A program made the position numbers and the translations under genes. From Terriglobia bacterium (GTDB lineage Bacteria > Acidobacteriota > Terriglobia > 20CM-2-55-15): 64,000 nucleotides of DNA. The notes under the pieces were generated by a model that was not told the DNA's origin, did no database searches, and saw nothing but the letters and a program-made list of their open reading frames with translations. Shown piece by piece: positions 10,198 through 19,161 of the stretch. The stretch is taken from positions 960,001 through 1,024,000 of the forward strand of contig CBDAOY010000009.1 of NCBI GenBank assembly GCA_965198225.1. The letters run 5' to 3'. Position 1 is the stretch's first letter. Each line of letters begins with the position of its first letter.

Positions 10198-11235
10198 ATG
10201 ACTCCCACCGCAATCAAAGAGAAAGCTTACGAACTCGGTTTCGAACTGGCAGGGATTGCGCCCATCGCTCCTTCCCCTGAGGCTGACTTTTATCCCGAGT
10301 GGCTCGATCGCGGCTTTGCCGGGAAGATGAAATATCTCGAGCGCCAGGCGCCTTCTAAGATGGATCCCCGTTCGCTGATGCCTGGCGCGCGCTCCGTCAT
10401 CGTGTGCGCGATGAACTACCAGACGGATCGCGAGCTGACAACATTCGATCCCAATCGGGCCTGGGTCTCGCGCTATGCGTGGGGCGAGGACTATCATGAG
10501 GTCCTCCGTACCAGGCTGGAAAAACTTGCGGGCTGGCTGCGTGAGGCGGCCCGGGCCGAGGCCCGCGTTTACGTTGACACGGGGCCGTTGCTCGAGCGGG
10601 TCCACGCGAAATACGCCGGCGTCGGCTGGTTCGGGAAGAACACCTGCATCATCGACCAGAAGGTCGGCTCCTGGTTGTTTCTGGGCTGCATCCTCACCGA
10701 CCTCGAAACCGATTATGACCTGCCGGCTCCCGATCGATGCGGGAGCTGCACGCGCTGCATCGACGCCTGTCCGACAGACGCCATTCCGTCTCCGTACGTT
10801 CTGGACAGTAACAAATGCATCTCCTACCTGACGATCGAACTGCGTGGTCCGGTTCCGGAGGACTTGAGGTCCGGCGTGGGACATCACCTCTTCGGTTGCG
10901 ACATCTGCCAGGACGTCTGTCCGTGGAACCGGCGCGCTCCGTCGACGGACCAGCGGGCCTTCGATGCGCGTGAAGGTCTGTTCCGTCCCGAGCTGGAGCG
11001 GCTTCTCGAACTCGATGCCGAGGGGTGGCGACAGCTGATACGCGGGACCGCCATGAAGCGTGCCAGGGTTCGGGGTTTGCTGCGGAACCTGATGGTGGTC
11101 GTCGGGAATTCCGGGGTCGGGCGCTTGCGCGACAAGGTTCGGAAGTTTCTGGATCACCCCGATGGGGACGTAAGCTCCCATGCGCGGTGGGCGTTGGCTC
11201 GGTTGGATGCGGATGGAGAGGGGCAGCCTAAATGA
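10198..11235 (+). CDS. queG: Epoxyqueuosine reductase
   Basis: SRYAWGEDYH, VDTGPLLER, GWFGKN, CGSCTRCIDACPT, CISYLTIE, GCDICQDVCPWN. Confidence 0.95.
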   Translation: MTPTAIKEKAYELGFELAGIAPIAPSPEADFYPEWLDRGFAGKMKYLERQAPSKMDPRSLMPGARSVIVCAMNYQTDRELTTFDPNRAWVSRYAWGEDYHEVLRTRLEKLAGWLREAARAEARVYVDTGPLLERVHAKYAGVGWFGKNTCIIDQKVGSWLFLGCILTDLETDYDLPAPDRCGSCTRCIDACPTDAIPSPYVLDSNKCISYLTIELRGPVPEDLRSGVGHHLFGCDICQDVCPWNRRAPSTDQRAFDAREGLFRPELERLLELDAEGWRQLIRGTAMKRARVRGLLRNLMVVVGNSGVGRLRDKVRKFLDHPDGDVSSHARWALARLDADGEGQPK

Positions 11236-11629
11236 TGCGGTCTTCCGGGGTGTTGGCCTTCTGCATCTGGACCATCCGGCGTTCGAGGTGGAACATGAAT
11301 CGGAAGATCATCTCGCGGTTCTTGTCGTCGATATCGTTGAACTGGATACCGATACGGGGATGGCTCATCCAGCGGACGACCGGATATACCACCGGCATCC
11401 CGACATCGGGCAGGACCAGCACGGCGGGCCCTAAAACCTGTCCTTTGTAGAATTTATCGAAGTGTTTGGCGGTGATGAAGCGCGCGCCGCCGGCGCCGAG
11501 CTCATCGACGATGGGATCGATATTGGTGCCCTCGAGGCTGAACAGCAGGTATACGGGCTCGGACGCAACCATCGGCAGGCGGAAAGCTGCCCGCTGCTTG
11601 GTGTACTCCGCTGGCACCGCGCTCTTCAT
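11228..11629 (-). CDS. PilZ-domain protein
   Basis: QRAAFR (RxxxR) followed by ELGAGG (D/NxSxxG variant) and IGIQF.DI C-terminal strand. Confidence 0.7.
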   Translation of the reverse strand: MKSAVPAEYTKQRAAFRLPMVASEPVYLLFSLEGTNIDPIVDELGAGGARFITAKHFDKFYKGQVLGPAVLVLPDVGMPVVYPVVRWMSHPRIGIQFNDIDDKNREMIFRFMFHLERRMVQMQKANTPEDRII

Positions 11630-11688
11630 AATTATTCATTCGTCATATTCGGGCAGAATCTTTAGCGAAAGGTATACCTAATATACAG

Positions 11689-11831
11689 ATGCGTCTGTTC
11701 CTCATCGCCGCGGTTCCTATAGCTTTAATCCTGTATTGGCATGGGCTGGCGGCGCCGTTCTACCTGGACGACAGCAATGTGATTCAGAACCCGATTGAGG
11801 CAGAGGGCCTCGCCGGGACCCGGCCGTTGGG
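11689..11831 (+). pseudogene. N-terminal fragment of a second TMTC-like glycosyltransferase
   Basis: MRLFLIAAVPIALILYWHGLAAPFYLDD is paralogous to MRLFLIAALPLALLIYGHGLEAPYYLDD at 11982. Confidence 0.75.
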
Positions 11832-11930
11832 GTGCCCTCGAGGCTAAAGAGCAGGTACACTGACTCGGAAGCGACCATCGGCAGGCGGAAGCTGCGCGCT
11901 GCTTGCTGTAATCCAGTACTGCGTCTTCAT
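11831..11930 (-). pseudogene. N-terminal fragment of a second PilZ-domain gene
   Basis: Nucleotide paralogue of 11525-11629 (GGTGCCCTCGAGGCT...ACCATCGGCAGGCGGAA...CTTCATAATT), with indels. Confidence 0.75.
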
Positions 11931-11981
11931 AATTGATAAACTGTTCATTCTGCGCAATCGGTTAGAAGCCCTAACAATTTG

Positions 11982-13718
11982 ATGCGTCTTTTCCTGATAG
12001 CTGCACTGCCCCTCGCACTCTTGATCTACGGACACGGACTGGAAGCGCCGTATTATCTGGACGATGTTGTCGTCCTCGATTCGGTGTCATTTTACAGCCC
12101 GAATCTGGGCAGCCGCACGGTTGCTGATGCGACTTTCTATCTGAACATGCTGGCAATCGATGTCGTCGCTCCCCTCTTCCACTGGAAACCCAGTTTTTAC
12201 TATAGGTTAGGCAACCTCCTGATCCATGTCCTGGTGGCGACGGTCCTGGTCGGCCTTGTCCGAGAATTAACGGGGCGTCTTTCAACGGGATACGCTGTCG
12301 GTTTTCTCTTCCTGGCCCATCCACTGACTAGCGAGCCGGTGATGTACGTTACCCAGCGCTACCAGTCGCTCGCCACTCTTTGGATTTTCGTCGCCGGATG
12401 GAGCTATGTACTCTTTCGGAAGTCGGGCGATTGGATCTCGGGTGATCGCCGTTGGCTCCTGGTAACGGTCGTTGCGAGCGTAGCCGCCGTTTTCACAAAG
12501 CGGTTCGCCTACGTCCTGCCCTTATGGATCCTTGTCCTGGAGTTTACGTACTTCAGTAAGCTGAAGTGGAATTGGCGCTATTTGTATTTGGTACCGGTCG
12601 GGGAGATTGTTCTCTGGAGGACTTTGTTGTATGTGAGCCCGGACAATACAACTGTTGTCGATGCAGCCCCTTGGGGTCAGTATTTGCTTGCTCAAGGACC
12701 GGTTCTGCTCAAGTACCTCCAACTTTCCGTATTCCCCGCCAAACAGTTTCTTTTCTATGACTTCCCACTGGCGACCAGCATTTCCTGGTCGGTCATCCTG
12801 CAGTGGGCTGTGGTCTTGGCGGTTCTGGCTACAGGATTCTTGGCGCTGCGCCGATATCCAGATATAGGGTTCGGCATCGTTACGTTCTTTGTCCTGCTGC
12901 TACCCTTGATCCTAATCCCGCGGCCGAATCTGGTTTTTGAGTACCGCGCCTATGGCTCGTTCGCGGGAATTGCGCTGGTGGCGGGAACGCTTCTGACCTG
13001 GCGTCCCAGGCCTGTTGTTGCCGTTATGACCGTTGCCCTGATCATTGCGTTTGGTGTTCGCACTTACGAACGAAGTGCCGAGTGGAATCATGAGATTCCG
13101 TTCTTCGAGTCGCACGTCGCGGAGTTCCCGGACGATCCGCACGCCCTCTCGTTTCTGGCGTTGCATTATTCGGCGTCGGGGCAGGTGAACAGGTCCATCG
13201 AAGTTCTCACGCATGCCCAGGACAACCTGGATCGTTTCAACGACTACTACATGCGGCCCGGAAGCCTGGCGATCGGACTGAATCTGCACGCAGCCCAGGT
13301 GGCCATTGGAAATCTCGATGCCGCTGGAGAGGTTCTTGAGCAGCTCCGTGTAATAGGTTCGGACGAGCCAGCGTTTGTGCGGTCCGAGGCGAGTTGGTTG
13401 CTCGCAACTGATCAACCGGAACGTGCCGTGGAAGCCTTCACGAGGCTGGTTGAGCTCGACCCTGATCAGGAAATCGGATGGCTGGGTCTCCGAATTGCGT
13501 ATTCGCGGCTCGGCGACGAAACACGGGCCGACGAGGCGGCCCGGCGGCTCAGTGAGGTCCAGGATCTGAAGGAAGTTCGGATCCGGGAAAGGTGGTTCAT
13601 CCCCGTTAGGTTCCGGACTCATGCGATTTTTGGAATGTTGTTGATGTTTTTCGCCATTACCGTCATTTGCGGCAGATTTGTCTGGTCCACGGCCCGTCAG
13701 AGGTGGTCCCATGGCTGA
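11982..13718 (+). CDS. TMTC-like GT-C glycosyltransferase with TPR tail
   Basis: DD motif after TM1, NLLIH, FLAHPL.SEPV.YVTQR, KYLQL..FP....YD (DUF1736-like), E.R.Y motif, many TM helices, C-terminal TPR-like repeats. Confidence 0.8.
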   Translation: MRLFLIAALPLALLIYGHGLEAPYYLDDVVVLDSVSFYSPNLGSRTVADATFYLNMLAIDVVAPLFHWKPSFYYRLGNLLIHVLVATVLVGLVRELTGRLSTGYAVGFLFLAHPLTSEPVMYVTQRYQSLATLWIFVAGWSYVLFRKSGDWISGDRRWLLVTVVASVAAVFTKRFAYVLPLWILVLEFTYFSKLKWNWRYLYLVPVGEIVLWRTLLYVSPDNTTVVDAAPWGQYLLAQGPVLLKYLQLSVFPAKQFLFYDFPLATSISWSVILQWAVVLAVLATGFLALRRYPDIGFGIVTFFVLLLPLILIPRPNLVFEYRAYGSFAGIALVAGTLLTWRPRPVVAVMTVALIIAFGVRTYERSAEWNHEIPFFESHVAEFPDDPHALSFLALHYSASGQVNRSIEVLTHAQDNLDRFNDYYMRPGSLAIGLNLHAAQVAIGNLDAAGEVLEQLRVIGSDEPAFVRSEASWLLATDQPERAVEAFTRLVELDPDQEIGWLGLRIAYSRLGDETRADEAARRLSEVQDLKEVRIRERWFIPVRFRTHAIFGMLLMFFAITVICGRFVWSTARQRWSHG

Positions 13719-14505
13719 GGGAGCAGTAGTTCTGGTCGTCAACAAGGAAAAGATACTTGTCGACCTGTTGGTGCGATCGTTCGAGGGGGATGGTCTGGCC
13801 ATGTTCGGGGCTGCGTCCATCGCCCAGGCGAAACATCTGTTGAAACAGCATCAGCCCGACCTCCTCATTATCGATCCCACTATCCCGGATGGATTCGAAT
13901 TCATGGGCGAGGTTCGGATCGGGTTAAAGCCGGTCGCTATCGTTGCCCTGGTCGAATCGGAAGACGTGCGGGAGCGGGTGGTCGCGGCCGGAGTGGAGCG
14001 CATGACGGACAAGAGCGCTGGACTCGACGCGCTCGTCGACGAGATCCGGTCTTCGTTCGACGCCGGCCTGTCGGTTCAAGCCAACGGCGACAGCGTTCGG
14101 GTGTTGCTCGCCGATGATGACGATGGAATGCGAACGACGCTGGCCGACTATCTGGGGATTCGAGGCTACTCGACGTTTCCGGCGAAGGATGGGCGGGAAG
14201 CCCTGGAACTGGTCCGGAAGGATGCGTCGATGAGGCTCGTGTTGTTGGACGTCAGTATGCCTCGGATGGGTGGTCTGGAGGTCCTACGCCAGATCATGCT
14301 CATGCCGGATCATCCCGACGTGATCATGATGACTGCGGTGGCCGACCGGGAAGTCGCAAAACAGGCTCTCAATGCGGGAGCGTTCGACTACGTCCTCAAG
14401 CCTTTCGACCTCGGGTCGATCGACTCTTCGATTATCGCTTGCCTCAGTTATTCGGACTATCACAAGCAGCCCTGGTGGAAGCGGTTGGTCCCACACTCCG
14501 CCTAG
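13711..14505 (+). CDS. Response regulator with two receiver domains (first degenerate)
   Basis: VLLADDD, LLDVSMPRMGG, MMTA, GAFDYVLKPFD; start overlaps the upstream stop. Confidence 0.85.
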   Translation: MAEGAVVLVVNKEKILVDLLVRSFEGDGLAMFGAASIAQAKHLLKQHQPDLLIIDPTIPDGFEFMGEVRIGLKPVAIVALVESEDVRERVVAAGVERMTDKSAGLDALVDEIRSSFDAGLSVQANGDSVRVLLADDDDGMRTTLADYLGIRGYSTFPAKDGREALELVRKDASMRLVLLDVSMPRMGGLEVLRQIMLMPDHPDVIMMTAVADREVAKQALNAGAFDYVLKPFDLGSIDSSIIACLSYSDYHKQPWWKRLVPHSA

Positions 14506-14777
14506 CAGCCCGTGGCAGAACTCTGCAGGGTCGCGCGCAGGGGTCTTCGGGTTGCAGGCGCGAAGAGAGGAGCGGAGCGATGATCATTCATCGTGACCGA
14601 CGAGGGACAAAGCCTGCGGCCCGAACCCCCCTGCGCCCTTCGGGTTACGGCGAAACGGGCCGTCTTCGTTGTCGCCGACTCCTCCCAATGAATGAGCATT
14701 ATTTCGTCCTCGCCTCCTAGAATCCGGCCCCGTTTGGCCGTAACGCGGCCCTGCAGAGTTCTGCCACGGGCTGCTAG
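14502..14777 (+). mobile_element. ~276-bp MITE-like non-autonomous element, copy 1
   Basis: Terminal inverted repeats CTAGCAGCCCGTGGCAGAACTCTGCAGGG / CCCTGCAGAGTTCTGCCACGGGCTGCTAG; near-identical copies at 47274 and 49814. Confidence 0.9.
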
Positions 14778-14849
14778 CAGTCCCGTTCCCCCACTACAAA
14801 CCGCTTATTTTTCAGCCGATTTGGTTCAATCCGCGCTAAATTATCTCGG

Positions 14850-16157
14850 ATGGGCAAGAGCATTCGTATCGGCCTGCTTGGACTGGGAACCGTCGGGACC
14901 GGTGTCGTTCGCCTCCTGGAGCGGAACCGGGACCTGATAGAGAGGCGGATCGGAGTCCCGCTGGAAGTGAGCCGAGTTGCAGTTCGCGACCCGGACAAGG
15001 CCCGGGACGTTTCCGTTTCAGACGGTCTCCTGACAACCGATCCCTTTGAGGTTGTGCGAGATCCAGATGTCGACGTCGTAGTCGAGCTGATCGGGGGCTG
15101 TGAGCCTGCACGCGAATTGGTCCTGGCCGCCATCGCGAATAAAAAGCCCCTGGTCACGGCCAACAAGGCCATGCTGGCCGAGCACGGGGACGAGATTCGA
15201 CGAGCGGCGCTGGAGATGGGCGTCGACCTGGGTTTCGAAGCCAGCGTCGGAGGTGGAATTCCAGTGATCAAGACCTTGCGCGAAGCCCTGGCGGCGAACC
15301 ACGTGCTTTCGGTCTACGGGATCATCAACGGGACTTCGAACTACATCCTTACGAAGATGCGGGAGGAGGATCGAACCTTCGAGGATGTGCTGGAGGAGGC
15401 GCAGCAGGCGGGATACGCAGAAGCCGATCCCAGCTTTGACGTCGAGGGGGTGGATTCGGCCCACAAACTGGCAATTCTCGTGAATCTCGCATTCGGAATC
15501 CCGGTCAAGCTCAGCGAAGTCTACACGGAAGGGATTACCCGGATCAGCCCCATCGACATCGAGTTCGGCCGGGAATTCGGCTACACGCTCAAGCTTCTGG
15601 CCATCGCGAAGGCAACAGACGAGGAGGTCGAAGCCCGTGTCCATCCGACCCTGGTCCCGGATGATGACCCGATCGCCAAGGTCGGCGGGGTCTATAACGC
15701 GGTCGAGATTGTCGGTGACGCAGTGGAAGACCTGATGCTCTACGGCCGGGGTGCCGGCGAGGGACCGACTGCCAGCGCGGTCGTCGGCGATATCATCGAC
15801 ATTTCAAGCAATCTGGAAGCCTCCCGCGACTCGGTGTCCCCGTCCCAGCTTCCTCCCGACGGTTCAGCTGGTCGTATCAAGCCGATCGACGCGATTTCGG
15901 GTCCCTACTACTTGCGGTTCATGATCGACGATGAGCCCGGCGTCTTAGCTCAAATCTCCGGCATTCTCGGACAGCACGGTATCAGCATCGAATCGATGAT
16001 CCAGAAAGGCCGGAAGACCGGAGGAACCGTGCCGCTGGTCGTAATGACGCACGCCGCGGTCGAAAGGGACGTCCAGGAGGCGCTCCAGGAAATCGATCAA
16101 CTCTCCTGCGTGTCGGAGAAGGCTGTGTTGATCCGGGTGGAGGGGGAGGAGTCGTAG
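14850..16157 (+). CDS. hom: Homoserine dehydrogenase with ACT domain
   Basis: GLGTVGTG, VTANKA, FEASVGGGIP, NGTSNYIL, GYAEADP..DVEG.DSAHK, C-terminal ACT domain. Confidence 0.97.
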   Translation: MGKSIRIGLLGLGTVGTGVVRLLERNRDLIERRIGVPLEVSRVAVRDPDKARDVSVSDGLLTTDPFEVVRDPDVDVVVELIGGCEPARELVLAAIANKKPLVTANKAMLAEHGDEIRRAALEMGVDLGFEASVGGGIPVIKTLREALAANHVLSVYGIINGTSNYILTKMREEDRTFEDVLEEAQQAGYAEADPSFDVEGVDSAHKLAILVNLAFGIPVKLSEVYTEGITRISPIDIEFGREFGYTLKLLAIAKATDEEVEARVHPTLVPDDDPIAKVGGVYNAVEIVGDAVEDLMLYGRGAGEGPTASAVVGDIIDISSNLEASRDSVSPSQLPPDGSAGRIKPIDAISGPYYLRFMIDDEPGVLAQISGILGQHGISIESMIQKGRKTGGTVPLVVMTHAAVERDVQEALQEIDQLSCVSEKAVLIRVEGEES

Positions 16158-16189
16158 GCCGTTGGGAGCAACTGAGTCGGGCCCGCCAA

Positions 16190-16345
16190 ACCACCCCGTC
16201 TGCACCTGCGGCGCAGCCATCCCTTTTTTGCGTGGGAAGGGGAATTTTCTTTGGTCAGCACCACCCCGGCGCTTCGCGCCACCCCTCCTCATCTGAGGAG
16301 GGGAGCCCTCACTGACCACTTGCCACTGGACACTGCAAACCGCCC
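16190..16345. repeat. Family B palindromic repeat (reverse orientation) plus heptamer-like repeats
   Basis: CACCACCCCGGCGCTTCGCGCCACCCCTCCTCATCTGAGGAGGGGAG followed by CACTGACCACTTGCCACTGGACACTG. Confidence 0.7.
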
Positions 16346-16429
16346 GGCGACAGCGTTCCGGCAGGCTACAAAAAAATGGCCCGGGCATCGGCCCGGGCCT
16401 TGAAGGAGCTTGTCTGGCTATAAAAATTG

Positions 16430-17197
16430 TTAACGGATTCTGAAGACGATGTCGTCTCCCCCGACAGCGAAAGTCGGGCCGTCGGCGTTGGCGGAGGTCT
16501 CCAGCGCCCGGTTGGCGCCGGCCGCGATTACTATGACTGCGACTTCGGGCAGACCGCTCAGTCCGAGCTGTGCGAAATGCCCCACGTGAAGCTTGCGGAC
16601 GTTGATCAGGTACTTGTTGCCCCAGGGGTCCGTCAGTGGGAGAGCGATGATGTAAGGACCGGACCAGCCTCGCTGGGGGTCTCCCACAATCGTTCCGCGC
16701 CTCGGATATTCCTCGGTGCCGGTGAACGTGATGCCACCATCGGTGCTGGTTCTGGCAATCTGGTTGGCGACGAGATGCCCTTCGACCGTGTCGTCATCCG
16801 CGACCAGTTCGTGGCCGAATGACGAGGCCGCACTCGCGTAGGTCGCCGGGCTCGCCGGTATGTCCCAGGTGGACCCGACCGTCTGATCCGTCGGATAGGT
16901 CCCATTCTGGGAGGCCAGGTTGTTGAAGAAGGCGTCGTTCGGACCCGTGGCGTTGCCCGACCGGAACAACGGCCAATGAGAGGTGTCCTGGTAGTACGTG
17001 ATTACGCCCTGACCGATCGCCTGGACGTCGGCGAGGGCGGCCTGAACATTGGCGTTGTCGATGGCGCCGATCGCGCCACCGACGGCAACGCCTGCCAGCA
17101 CTGCACCGACGGCGACCGTCGCGGTCGCTTCGATCAGTGAGGTCGCGACGCCCCTGGTTCCACCCAGTAGTTTTTTAATTATTGTTAGCGCGTTCAT
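16430..17197 (-). CDS. GspG-type pilin with atypical leader (RGVA|TSLIE)
   Basis: Hydrophobic N-terminal helix, GWSGPY, DPWGNKY, AAGANR..ET, GGDDIVFRI motifs. Confidence 0.85.
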   Translation of the reverse strand: MNALTIIKKLLGGTRGVATSLIEATATVAVGAVLAGVAVGGAIGAIDNANVQAALADVQAIGQGVITYYQDTSHWPLFRSGNATGPNDAFFNNLASQNGTYPTDQTVGSTWDIPASPATYASAASSFGHELVADDDTVEGHLVANQIARTSTDGGITFTGTEEYPRRGTIVGDPQRGWSGPYIIALPLTDPWGNKYLINVRKLHVGHFAQLGLSGLPEVAVIVIAAGANRALETSANADGPTFAVGGDDIVFRIR

Positions 17198-17238
17198 TGC
17201 TCAGCTCCTTCTCAAGTGTTCCGTTAGGCCCACTTAAA

Positions 17239-17254
17239 AGCACGCCGTGTGCCA
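17239..17254 (-). promoter_or_regulatory. Sigma-54 (-24/-12) promoter
   Basis: TGGCAC-ACGGC-GTGCT with GG-N10-GC spacing, ~40 nt upstream of the pilin start; a sigma-54 activator is encoded in the locus. Confidence 0.75.
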
Positions 17255-17493
17255 TTGTCTAAGTAGCTGAAAACACTGATTTCTAACTTTATCGTGTCCA
17301 CAGATTCTGTAGACGGACCATCCTCGCGTCAACAACTTTGTGGTCTTTAATGCAGGAATTACAGTTTAAGAGTCGCTGCACCTGTTGCAGCCTGGCGCAG
17401 CTACTGCGCGTCGAGATGCATTAGATAAACCGTGCGGGGGGCGTGACGAAGGAGAGAACATCCTGTTGGTATTCGCAGTTGGGAGGAGGATCC

Positions 17494-17715
17494 TCAGGGA
17501 GGAGCTATCACACTGAGGAACAAACGGTTCGACGCCCCGCTGTTCGGGTTGGTCACCGTGATCGCGAGGAGGCCGGGGGCGCTGATAATGAGGGCCGGCA
17601 CGGGCACCACGATCTGAGTAGGGGTGACCGAGGTCGGTGTGAGGGCTGCCGTGCCGAGCTGGACTGCGGCGCCAGTTTCAAAATTCGATCCGAAAATCGT
17701 CAGGTCGAACCGGGA
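17494..17715 (-). pseudogene. C-terminal IPT/TIG-like Ig-fold fragment lacking a start
   Basis: Manual translation FDLTIFGSNFETGAAVQLGTAALTPTSVTPTQIVVPVPALIISAPGLLAITVTNPNSGASNRLFLSVIAPP* matches the IPT pattern (LTI.GSNF...ITVTNP...SN). Confidence 0.7.
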
Positions 17716-18017
17716 GGACTCGGATCGTTACCGGGTCCGAGCTCGACGTCATATATGGCTGAACTCGTCGTGATCGACACACCGGAGACAAAAATCGGCC
17801 ACTTTCCCGTGTTCCTCCGGAAGTTCTGGACAGCCTTCGCGATCGTCTGAGTTTCTCGCGCCGCACGGGTCACCCGAGCGTCGTCGATCATGCCGGCGAC
17901 CATGGGAGTCAGGATTGCCGCCAGAATCCCCACTACGCCCAGGGCGACGACCATCTCCACCATCGTGAAGCCGCACTCGGAGCGCTCAGGGAACCGTGAA
18001 TGTGTTTGAAGAACCAT
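17700..18017 (-). pseudogene. Truncated GspG-type pilin (paralogue of 25024-25629)
   Basis: G|FTMVEMVVAL...ARVTRA...TGKWPIF.SGV.ITTSS; ends after ~85 mature residues at the junction with the IPT fragment. True start uncertain. Confidence 0.8.
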
Positions 18018-19161
18018 CGCTGAAGTCCACGGTCACGGTCACGCCGCTCAACGAGACGTTGCTTGCCGAGCCCGTGGCCGCGTCCTTGAAATTCTGGACC
18101 TTGATCGTCACCGTCTTCCCGACTCCCTTGATGGTGACGTCCGGGGCCACAGTTTGTTCCTGTTCGACCCGGATGGGAACGATCTGGGTCGGTTTGCCGC
18201 TGCCTTTGACCTGCTGGGCCGCGAAGGTTATGAGGTCCCCGCTGCCCTTACGGGTGCCGCCCCCGTAGTCGAACACGAAGTTTTTACCGAATTTGATCTT
18301 CTCGTAGTAGGCCTGCGGGGTGCTGGTGTAGGTCAGTCGGATCGATGTCACGTTGACCGCATTCGTGCCGAAGTTCGTTACCTTGAACTGGAGATCGTTG
18401 CCCCCCTTGATCTTGGCGGTGCCCTCCTCGTAGGTCAGCTTGGCGTCGATGCTGAGGCTTCGGAAGCCGAACGAAACGTCGTCGAAATCGAAATTGCCGC
18501 TGCCGTCGGTCACGTCGAACCGCTGAGTCACGGCGCCGTCTTCCGGGATGTTCAGTGTCACGGTCGCAAACTTCAGGACCTTCTTTTTCCTCTTGGCCAC
18601 CCCGGTGACTTGAGAGAAGACCTCATCCTTGAGGATATCGACGATCAGGTCGTCGCTGTTGCCCTTTATACCGTCGGGTCCAACGCTCTGGAGTCGGGCG
18701 GCCACTTCCGCGTTGTCTCCGCTCCGGTTGAACGTTGTCGAAGTGTAGACGTAGGCGTTTCCGAACGGATCCTTGTCGAACCCGATCAACCTTTCGACGG
18801 TGGTTTTCGGCACGTAGGGCCCCACCCATCCGGCGCCGACCAGGGTGTTTGTGTCGAAACTGAAGAGCGGGAAGGAGCCTTTCAACCAGAGTTTGGAGAG
18901 CTGGTCCGGGACGTCGCCGACCGTCCCTATGAACCCGAAGTCGGCCCGTCCCTCCGTGATGATCAGGTTGGGATTGCCGGTGATAGCGGTCTTGATCGAC
19001 TCCAGGTCGGATCGGGCTCTCATCGTCCCTTGAGAGACGAAGACCTGGTCGGCAATCGGAGCCGAAATGCCCAGAAGTATGGCCATCATCGCAATCAGTA
19101 CGATGGCTCCGAAGAGTCCCATGCCTCGAATGGTTGCTCGATCTTCCGTGATGGTGGTCAT
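17986..19161 (-). CDS. Large pilin-like protein, cassette 1 member A (no Glu5)
   Basis: RG|MGLFGAIVLI leader, RADFGFIG, GAGWVGPY, DPFGN, carboxypeptidase-regulatory-like beta domain, FSDGS C-terminus. Confidence 0.85.
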   Translation of the reverse strand: MTTITEDRATIRGMGLFGAIVLIAMMAILLGISAPIADQVFVSQGTMRARSDLESIKTAITGNPNLIITEGRADFGFIGTVGDVPDQLSKLWLKGSFPLFSFDTNTLVGAGWVGPYVPKTTVERLIGFDKDPFGNAYVYTSTTFNRSGDNAEVAARLQSVGPDGIKGNSDDLIVDILKDEVFSQVTGVAKRKKKVLKFATVTLNIPEDGAVTQRFDVTDGSGNFDFDDVSFGFRSLSIDAKLTYEEGTAKIKGGNDLQFKVTNFGTNAVNVTSIRLTYTSTPQAYYEKIKFGKNFVFDYGGGTRKGSGDLITFAAQQVKGSGKPTQIVPIRVEQEQTVAPDVTIKGVGKTVTIKVQNFKDAATGSASNVSLSGVTVTVDFSDGSSNTFTVP

